DNA from: Octopus sinensis
Lineage: Eukaryota
Length of the DNA: 64,000 nucleotides
Assembly (NCBI RefSeq): GCF_006345805.1
Contig: NC_043017.1
Location: forward strand, 14,322,001 to 14,386,000
Direction: 5' to 3'
Position 1 is the first letter of the stretch; every line of letters starts with the position of its first letter. The position numbers and the translations under genes are program-made. Shown here piece by piece: positions 54,941 to 64,000 of this stretch. The notes beneath the pieces were generated by a model that did not search any database, had not been told where the DNA came from, and worked only from the letters and a program-made list of their open reading frames with translations.

Positions 54941-56018
54941 CCCTTTCATTACTATATTTCTGACCAAAATACACCCCTTATGTGTTTCAATTAATTTCTA
55001 ACATAATCATAAATTTAGTCTGGTTTCATTAAACAACTATAACTTTTTTATTTATCAATATATTAACGTGAATTTTGGAAGATAATTTAATGAAATGTTC
55101 TCAACCAATTCTATACTATAATTTTTGTCACAAAGTGACTCTAATTGCAGGTAGATACAGGTAAATTCAACAAAATATAAAATTATTAAAATTTTGTTCA
55201 AGCATCGCTATAGAAAATGGGTTATTAGCTAATATTCAATTGGGTATACAACAAAATTTTACTATAGAATTTGTAATTCTGGGTAACTTTCTGATACCCA
55301 TAATAATATTTATGGCAAAATAGGCCTTAATTTCATTTAAGGTTGTGGGAAATAACAAACTATCCTTTCTTTCGCTTTGTTTACATTTAGTGTAACAGTT
55401 CGTTTCCGCCGTAATGATTTCAAATGGGCTCATTCGAAAAAGTAAAAAAGAAATAGTCTAAGGCTTTACTCTTCTGGGAAAGTCCGTGGCTTGGTCCAGT
55501 TTCTTCAGAAAAATCACCGAAAGAAACAGTTTTTAAATTTTCACTCCATTCAGGTGCCAATTCATTTTCTTTATCGCTGTCGGAGCTCTCGGATTCACTG
55601 TTTTCACTTTCGGAAAATGAAACATCAGATTCATTATCAAATACCACATGCTTTTTTTTTTCAGTCATAGAGTTAGATTTATGAAGGTCTTCAGTAGAAA
55701 ATCCATCGAATTCTGACTCGCTGCTTGATATAATGAAATTTGTATCCATTTTTTGTCAGAATTACAAATTTTGAAAACACAATAGGAACAAATTTCGGGA
55801 AAAAATCTCCCAAAATTCACGGAATTAAAATTACACTTCGAATTTTGTACAAAACTGTAGTTGAACTCTTTACGAAGTATAATACGTGTTTTCACGAATG
55901 TACTAAAGAGATTTGCTCTGATATTTTCATTTGAATATGAATAGGTAAATTCGGGCGGCTTTGGGCGGTTTGGTGACATTAACCAACATTTTTTTCGGGT
56001 GGTTTGGTAACGAAAGGG
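54941..56018 (-). mobile_element. Internally deleted piggyBac-like DNA transposon
   Basis: TTAA at 54937-54940 and 56019-56022. TIRs CCCTTTCATTAC and CCCTTTCGTTAC. Frameshifted acidic, Ser-rich transposase N-terminus (55236-55749: ALDYFF..EIITAETN..TTLNEIKAYFAINIIMGIRKLP). Confidence 0.85.
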
Positions 56019-56029
56019 TTAAAGCAAGT

Positions 56030-56290
56030 ACAAAATCCTGTTTATCTCCGCTCCAGATGTTTGAGTGCTGGACCCTTTATCAGCACCAGATCAGACAACT
56101 GGAAGCATTCTATCTTTGGTTTCATGAGGTGGGACAAGGTGTCTCATACCAATATCCTCAAGAGGGCTGGAATGTACAGCATTGAGGCCTGCATCCCTTG
56201 TCTTCTCTGCTGGGTTGGCCATATGATTTAGATGCCAGGTAACCGGCTCTCAAAGATGGTCTTATTCACAAACATATTAATAGGTATGTG
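56030..56290 (+). mobile_element. Decayed RTE-like LINE C-terminal fragment
   Basis: Broken frames give RQLEAF..RWDKVSHTNILKRAGMYSIEA..LCWVGHM..RLSKMVLF. Boundaries approximate. Confidence 0.7.
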
Positions 56291-56358
56291 CACATATCTA
56301 TTTATATGTAGGTATACCCATATATACATACACAATGACAGACTGAAATACAACTCAC

Positions 56359-56471
56359 CTTGTAACTTTAAATGTTCGAAGCAGCCTAAGGGCACGGAGT
56401 GTGCTGATGCCGAATGATGAGCCATCTTTAAATGCTGACCAGACCACTTCAAAAATACTACAAAGAATAAC
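56359..56471 (-). CDS. Cav2: Cav2 exon, IIS3-S4 ([38 protein letters not shown])
   Basis: 113 nt, tgttag/gtgagt, phase 0 to 2. Has the S4 R-x-x-R pattern. Confidence 0.96.
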
Positions 56472-57260
56472 CTAACAAAAAAAGTGAGATAATTAGAATA
56501 AATGAGTTACCATCAAATTTATTGAATATCAGAGTCTTTCTCATTACAACCATCTTTATATTCACATTTAATTTTTATCAATTCTGAAGTTACATCCCTT
56601 GTCTGTTTTGATCAGAATTAATTAGTATAACAAATAATATTTTCTGTTCCCAGTGACTATTTTGTTTTTTCCAGTTCAAATGAAAAAGTCCTCCCATTAT
56701 CATATAAACTATAAAATTAAGTGAAAACGTATTTCTCACAAAATTTACAAGAATTTGCTGTTTAATTTCAATTAAAATGTCTGCTACTCCAGCCATTTAA
56801 AAACCCTTCACTATTATTCATTGCAATTATAATTCTTTCACTTTTCTTCACTTACATTTAACATCTCTCTATCTGCCATTCACTCCTGCATCATTTGTCA
56901 TTTAAACTTCCCTCTTGTATTGATATCACAAACAACAACACATTGTAAACTTTATGTGAGTTTAATCATTAAAACAGCCCAGGTTCAATTCTTGATCAAA
57001 GACATATATTTGAAGAACTATGGCATTCAACTATGATTATATATTGTTACACAGGTCAAACCACAGTAAAGACAAAAACAAAGAATTGAGGAAGTCAAAC
57101 CCTTTCCTGTATTACTGTGTTTTTTAGAATACTATTAAGAATAGAAAACTTAACCAAAAGTCTAATCTAATGTAGTTAAAGTTAAATCAAATGTCTTTCA
57201 CTGCTCTACTTCAAGTAGAATATTAATTAATGAATATTAATTAATGAGATTGATACTTAC

Positions 57261-57373
57261 AAGACAATCGAATATGTTGAATGATGATTGAAAATAAAGT
57301 CGCACTCCCAAACCATACATTTTTATGAGCATCTCAGACATAAACAGGGCTAAAAAAACAAACTCCATAACAT
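57261..57373 (-). CDS. Cav2: Cav2 exon, IIS2-S3 ([38 protein letters not shown])
   Basis: 113 nt, ttacag/gtaagt, phase 1 to 0. Confidence 0.96.
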
Positions 57374-57496
57374 CTGTAAAAACAAAAAGAAAAGTAAATT
57401 ATATTTTCTAAGCGTAGACTTTCAGTTTTTCTCCTTTCAAACTTTCACTTTTTTCAACCCTAGGTCTTTACCTCATCCCTAGGTCTTTACCTCATC

Positions 57497-58685
57497 TGAA
57501 ATGGATTCAGAATGGGTGCTCAACGCTGAGCCAGATACTATGCCTACGCAGACTTATTGAAGAATCAAAAGCATTTAATCGCGATCTTGCAATGGTATTT
57601 GTAGACTTTTCTAAAGCGTTCGATTCTGTAGATAGGTACAAGATGTTTGAAATCCTTAAGCTCTATGGGATACCAGACAAAATCATTTCTGCCATCAAGG
57701 TCCTCTACACAGATACGTCATCAATCATCTTAACCCCTGACGGAGAAACATCATCTTTCTCAATAAAAGCCGGAATACTGCAGGGAGACACACTCGCCCC
57801 ATTTCTTTTCATCATTGTTGTTGATTATGTGCTACGTATGTCAGTTGATACCATCTCTGGCAAGGGCTTTGAAATAAAACCAAGAAGTTCCAGACACCCA
57901 GCTGAGTACTTGACAGACACTGACTTTGCTGACGACATCGCTCTTATCAGTGATTCTCTCTCCAATGCCCAGTCTCTTTTACAATCTCTTGAACAAGCCT
58001 CAAATTGTGTAGGTCTTTACCTCAATGAGGCCAAAACTGAATACATAAACAAGTGCCTGTCCAACAGTGATTGCATCATCCATACTCTCAACAATGCGCC
58101 CTTAAATATGGTTTCTGATTATAAATATCTTGGGTCATACATATCATCATCTGGAAAAGACTTTCTAACTAGAAAGGGTATGGCCTGGTCAGCCTGTAAT
58201 GACATGCATAAGATCTAGTCATCAAATCTAAGTAGAGACTTCAAACTTGAAATCTTCAAAGCCACAGTCGAACCAATTCTACTATATGGCTCAGAAACCT
58301 GGACGTTATCAAAGAAGCTTGAGAAGCGGTTGGATGGAACCTACACTCGCCTCCTTATGAGAGCTCAAAATCTCTCGTGGAGGCACCATCCAACCAAAAT
58401 GCAAATATATGGGAAACTACCACCTGTGTCATCACTTGTGAAAGGTAGGAGAGTCCAGTTTGCTGGACATTGTTGTAGAGCTGAAAAAGAAGTAATTTCT
58501 ACTCTTCTCCTCTGGAAGCCATCTACTCGCAATACCAGAGGGCGCACACTCTCCTATCCTGATGTAATCTCCAGGGATACAGGCATCCAGCAACAGGACC
58601 TCCTTAATGCCATGATGGGCCGTGAAGTCTGGCGTAGCATGGTAAATTCCATTGTCTCGACCACGGTCGAACAATGATGATGATG
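57497..58685 (+). mobile_element. 5'-truncated RTE-type non-LTR retrotransposon (RT domain plus C-terminus)
   Basis: RT motifs FVDFSKAFDS, GILQGDTLAPFLF, FADDIAL, YKYLGS, FAGHC. One in-frame TAG at 58216-58218. (TGA)n tail. 8-bp target-site duplication acctcatc at 57489-57496 and 58686-58693. Confidence 0.93.
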
Positions 58686-58784
58686 ACCTCATCCCGCCAA
58701 TAATGCAAAATTAAAATAAAAGAACATTTTTTTTATCCCTCGGGGTTTGGAAAAATATCAGTAACTGATATTAGTAGAGTGCCA

Positions 58785-59157
58785 AGAGCACCATCTGAGC
58801 ATGATCGTTGCCAGAGTGGCTAACTGGCTTCCATGTCAGTGGCATGTAAAAGGCACCATTCGAGCATGATCGTTACCAGTGTCGCCTTACTGGCACCTAT
58901 GCCGGTGGCATGTGTAAAAAGATTCAAGCAAGGTCATTGCCAGTACTGCCTGACTGGCCCCATGCTAGTGGCATGTAAAAAGCACCTACTACACTCTTGG
59001 AGTGGTTGGCATTAGGAAGAGCATCCAGCTGTAGAAACTCTGCCAGATCAAGATTGGAGCCTGGTGCAGACATCTGGTTCGCCAGTCCTCAGTCAAAATC
59101 GTCCAACCCATGCTAGCATGGAAAGCGGACGTTAAACGATGATGATGATGATGATGT
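58785..59157 (+). mobile_element. SINE-like retroelement with internal tandem repeats and (GAT)n tail
   Basis: The 3' part ggagtggttggcattaggaag..catgctagcatggaaagcggacg..gatgatgat recurs at about 31640-31797 (+), about 30400-30535 (+, diverged) and about 32345-32770 (-). Boundaries approximate. Confidence 0.75.
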
Positions 59158-59644
59158 GAATGGGGAAAATGGATATGTATACAGATTAAACAAAAGGGGT
59201 GTATCTATCTCTATTTATCTGTCTATCAACTTGAAGCAAGAGGGTCGCTGCATGACTCCATGTCTTTCCATCTCAACTTTTGAAAATTAAAGAAATCTGT
59301 GAAACCAGTTAAGTCTTTCAAAATAAAAAAAATTAAAAAGCTAGATGAACTCCATTCCATATTCAATTTCCTTCTTCTATATTTCTACCTATGTGCAATA
59401 GATGTAAAATTTATGCTGTTTAATATTCAAAATATGTTGCTTGCAAATACTTTTTTAGTTGAATCCCGATAGAAACATGCAAATTTATTCCATCACTATT
59501 TGTTGCATTGTAATAACGTATTAGAGTTTAATGACATCATGAATATTTTTACGATGTTTCTGCATTAACTCTCTCTCTCTCTCTCCTTCTCTCATATAAA
59601 CAAACACATACAAATGTATGCATGTTGCTGACTGCAATACTTAC

Positions 59645-59772
59645 AAAGAAATTCTGTATGCCACTCTGCTTGGCCATAATGTTCTGAGGCTACACACAGA
59701 GTATTCAGCAATACAAGGATAATCACAAACCAATAAAATGCTTGGGATTTCACACTTTTACGTATTGTAAAC
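59645..59772 (-). CDS. Cav2: Cav2 exon, IIS1 ([42 protein letters not shown])
   Basis: 128 nt, caacag/gtaagt, phase 2 to 1. Confidence 0.96.
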
Positions 59773-60053
59773 CTGTTGGAAAGAAGAAAAGAAATAAGAT
59801 GGTAAATAATTAGTAGGTGTTTTTCTAATTAATTGGGTAAAAACATTAATGAGATGAAGATAATATTACTGAAAATGATGTTGTTGCTGATGATTATAAA
59901 TTCAAGATGGATTGCTACTCCCACATCTGAATAGTCTACTCTCCCTTTGCCTCTACCCATAAAGAATATATCAAGCCAAATCCAATAAATGGTCACCATG
60001 GCCAATGGACAGTATGTCACTTAGCAATAGATTCCAAACTTTGAGAGTCTAAC

Positions 60054-60403
60054 TGATTACCTCCATAGCATGGTCCTGTTTGAGTGGAGGTAATTTGAGT
60101 GATTACCTCTGTAGCATGGTTCTGTTTGAGTGGAGGTAATTTGAGTGAGTGGAGGTAGTTTGAGTGATTACCTCTGTAGCATGGTTCTGTTTGAGTGGAG
60201 GTAGTTTGAGCGATTACCTCTGTAGCATGGTTCTGTTTGAGTGGAGGTAATTTGAGTGAGTGGAGGTAGTTTGAGTGATTACCTCTGTAGCATGGTTCTG
60301 TTTGAGTGGAGGTAGTTTGAGTGATTACCTCTGTAGCATGGTTCTGTTTGAGTGGAGGTAGTTTGAGTGATTACCTCTGTAGCATGGTTTAGTTTGAGTG
60401 GAG
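60054..60403. repeat. Minisatellite, 46-bp unit with a 19-bp internal duplication in two units
   Basis: Unit tgattacctctgtagcatggttctgtttgagtggaggta(a/g)tttgag starts at 60054, 60100, 60165, 60211, 60276, 60322 and 60368. Confidence 0.93.
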
Positions 60404-60973
60404 CTAAGAGCAGAGACACAAATCAACAATGAAAATCAGATTTCAACAAAAAGGAAATATATTTGCTTAAACTGGTCAAATGAGAGGCCATGTTTTTAAC
60501 AAGTACACTTTGTGACCACACACATCTGGCTTCAATTACACCTTAGGCAATTATCTCTCCTATAGCCACAAGTTGACCAGTATCTTTGAGTAAAATTTTA
60601 GCAGATAGAAACTCTGCAGAAGCCCATCCTATATATGTGTGTGTGTGTTTGTGACTATGTTTACTGGTGTAAACCAGTCTTTTAATTTATGCCCCTTCCA
60701 CCAAAAGGTAAAACTTAGTCCTTTGATAAACAGACACCAATAAAATAGGAACCAAACTGTCAATATGATTGACAGAACCCTGTTGAAGGTAGTGCCCCAG
60801 CATGACCATATTCTAGTAAGTGAAACCAGTAAATGTTTAAGTCACCATCGGAGTGACCAAAACTTCAGAGTCAGATGATAAATTTGTTCTCTTAAAAAGT
60901 ATAGAGTAACCCATCAAATTAGTGTAAAACTGTATTTACTATAACTGAACATAAAAACAAATACATATTATAT

Positions 60974-61058
<85 letters not shown>

Positions 61059-61082
61059 GGAGAGAGAGTGAGAGATGCTTAC

Positions 61083-61164
61083 CTAAGATGTTTTTCTGCT
61101 CTCCAAAAGCCAGCACACTTTCCGTGGGCTTTTCTGTTTTTTAAACCTCTACCAAACGAATCTC
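61083..61164 (-). CDS. Cav2: Cav2 exon, end of I-II linker (DSFGRGLKNRKAHGKCAGFWRAEKHLR)
   Basis: 82 nt, caatag/gtaagc, phase 1 to 2. Contains the FWRAEK motif. Confidence 0.93.
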
Positions 61165-61437
61165 CTATTGGTAAAGAACAAAGTTTATGATATCAGTATG
61201 TATATAAGTTTACACACTCACACATCCAATTTTAGAAATCAAAGATACGACACAGTTGTTACTCAGAGTTTGCAACTCTGTATAGTGAGTTACAATGAGT
61301 AGGAGCAACAATAATGTCAATGTTGAAACTGTGCTATCTTTATTTTAAAGAGATATTTAAACTCTGATAATAATGCATGGGATTTTTTTTGCCCTCTTAT
61401 TTGTAAATACAAATAATTAAAATGTGTGTGTGTGTGT

Positions 61438-61469
<32 letters not shown>

Positions 61470-62477
61470 TATATGTAATATTTTCATGTAAGGAATGGTA
61501 GAAGACACTCGGCATAGAAGCAAAATCTCTGATTGATTGAAATATAAACAATGTACTTCTCTTCATTAGATATATTACAATGGCTGCTAGTGTGTGTGTG
61601 TGTGTTTGTGTGTGTGAATGTGTTTATACTATACTATGAAAATATGTTTACATTTTGAAAAATCTTTACACACACACATACACATATGTGTATGTTCGTG
61701 TATACATATATAAGAGAACACGGAATTCCAGAAAGCCTTTGAACAGATTAACAGTAAAAAAGGCCAAGACTAATTTTTATTATTCTAACCAACTCTTACC
61801 TGAAAAATGTTAAAATTAGTTCAAATCAACAGAAGAAACCAAAAAGGTTTCAAAAAAGAAATGATTAAGATTTGTGATGCTAATTATACGAAAAAAAAAA
61901 AGTCTAATTAATGAAGGAATATGGCTGCAACAGCATGAAGGGAAACATTCTTCAAGAAACCTAAAGAAGGAGGAGAGGAATACCCCAGGGTCACATTCTG
62001 CACAAAAAGCAAATGAGTGCTGACATACTAATTAATGGAGTTGGAATTAATAATTAATTAAAGCAATAATGAAAGAATAAGGGCATTAATAGTGATGAAT
62101 TCTGCTCCAGAGGAGGCAGTCAACCTCAATATTTACATTAACTAAAATTAATTGAAATTTGAATGTAAGGTTTGCTGGGGTAGGGGTGTTTGATCTGAAA
62201 CAGTACAGGGAGACAACTATGGACACATTTTGGTCTTATTACACCTCCTTGGTTAAGTACCAACTAACGAGAAACTAGATGACACACACACGTGTGTGTG
62301 CATATACGTGTGTGTATATATATATATATATGTACACATATATACACATATATATACACCTATACATACAACTATATATCTTACATATATATATCTTACA
62401 TATATATATATATTCAATGTTCATTTGCTAATACACACACATGTATGTATTTGTGTATTTATATATATGTATTTGTG

Positions 62478-62529
<52 letters not shown>

Positions 62530-62931
62530 CACAAATACACACATGTGTGTGTATTAGCAAATGAACATTGAATATGACAGCTAAAAATAACAATGGGCAG
62601 CTGTAAAAAATCAAACACTTTCGCAAGAATAACAGTGATTATTTTGTCAACCCTATCATTATTTATTCCCTGAAACTCTTCCTGTTTATTTCTCAGTTAT
62701 CAAAACCAAACTTAGCTGAAGAGGAGTAATAAGATGGAAATATGTCATCACACTACCACACACCAACCCACACAAATACCTGAATTTTCTTTGGTCTTAT
62801 TTGTTACCAGAATCAATCTCTAATTTGATGGGTCTTTCATCTCATTGGCAGAATAATTGTAGTTAATTAACTATTCTTTTCTCATGACATTAGTTAATAC
62901 ATGAACACCAACATCAATAAAGCCACATTAC

Positions 62932-63024
62932 CTGATAAAAGGTCATCATCATTATCTTCATCTCCAATATTTAATTCTTTTTCTTCTTTAATTTTCTTCA
63001 CTTTTTGGGCAGCTAACCTCCGTG
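62932..63024 (-). CDS. Cav2: Cav2 exon, I-II linker (ARRLAAQKVKKIKEEKELNIGDEDNDDDLLSG)
   Basis: 93 nt, ttccag acceptor and gtaatg donor, phase 1 to 1. Resembles the EARRR..KKLK..acidic stretch of invertebrate Cav2. Confidence 0.88.
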
Positions 63025-64000
63025 CTGGAAACCAGAATGAAATTTCAACAGTTTTAATAAATTTTGTCAATTTTATTTTGTTATTTATTTGCTTAAGCAG
63101 CCAGAAGAAGAAGGGTAGCATTTGTAAACCTGCAGCTTCAATAAGAAAGGGTTGTAACTACCCTTAGAAGGAGAGAACTATCCTGAATAGTTGCAACAGA
63201 ATAGACCCCACCAAAGACACTTAAGGGTTAGGTGATGAAGTCATTTACCAAATAACAGGGAAGGTGTCCCCTACTAATGGACTTCTGCAGTTTCTTTCCA
63301 CCAAATTTTCACTGACAAGGCACCAATGGAAGACACCTGTCGAAGATGTTACATAGTAGGATTGAACCCCAAACCAAACTGTTGTGAAGCTGACTTCTTA
63401 GCCACACAACCATGCCTGTGTCCATTGTAGTAGAGGACATTCAGGTACAAGTGTATAAAACACATGAAAATGTATTTAAGTTCAACCGGTGATTTTCAAC
63501 ATGTTTTCATGGACAGTGCACTGAATAAGATACCAAATGGAGGCATTAACGCACATTTTACACTTTGCTGTAAAGGAATATAGAGAGACACTGAAACAGC
63601 AGTGAATTACAAACACCTATGTTTTAATATTCAGGCCTTTTCTGACTTGCCTCAAAGACTTACAGCCATATATGGCATGCAGTGTCTGTGGTATAGTGGT
63701 TGATTAAATCTCTCAGCTAAAAATTTGACAGGAAAAATATTAAAATAATAATAATGACAAAAAAATTTGGGAAAAAATTTCTTAAAATAGAAAGTGAATC
63801 ATGTAAAATAAATCAAAGTAAAATGAAAATTAAGATCTAAAAAAGAGAGGATGCTGTGTTGCAAGATCTAAGATGGATTACGTTACATTTTAACTACATT
63901 GTATAAAGAGAGGATGCTGTGTTGTTGAGTCTAAGAAGGAAGCAACTTTACTACAGTGTGTGAAGGTGTTATTGGAATCTAAGAGGAAAAGATAATTCAT

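Noticed and set aside
60054-60403. Possible CRISPR-like array, and repeated let-7 seed matches (CTACCTC on the minus strand)
   Set aside because: There are no unique spacers and no cas genes, and the context is a eukaryotic intron. Seed matches in an intron are unlikely miRNA targets.
63838-63940. Short imperfect direct repeat (aaagagaggatgctgtgttg, two copies)
   Set aside because: An ordinary local duplication with no further structure.

Overview
AT-rich, microsatellite- and SINE/LINE-dense animal DNA. The repeat content suggests an octopod cephalopod, which is my inference and not a database result. The whole window lies inside one minus-strand gene for a Cav2-type (CACNA1A/B, cacophony/unc-2 class) voltage-gated calcium channel alpha-1 subunit. 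I traced 23 exons by hand (2612 nt, about 870 codons). They keep one open frame with matching intron phases from the late I-II linker (63024) through domains II and III to IVS2 (1593); both ends of the gene lie outside the window. The most interesting signals are: (1) two homologous 30-nt microexons (QEAAEKKKLE and EEAAEKEKLA) and a 27-nt microexon in a short, synprint-less II-III linker spread over about 29 kb; (2) a U12-type intron in IIS6; (3) a 378-bp, 377/378-identical inverted repeat 0.66 kb upstream of a linker exon, plus other pre-mRNA hairpins that could be ADAR substrates; (4) polar substitutions in the IIS3-S4 voltage sensor. Introns also hold RTE and CR1 LINE fragments, a deleted piggyBac, Tc1/mariner-type MITEs and a tandem SINE-like array. 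I found no CRISPR array, rRNA, tRNA gene or evidence of a prokaryote-like system. Most long ORFs in the supplied track are microsatellite artefacts. Repeat boundaries marked approximate were estimated by eye.
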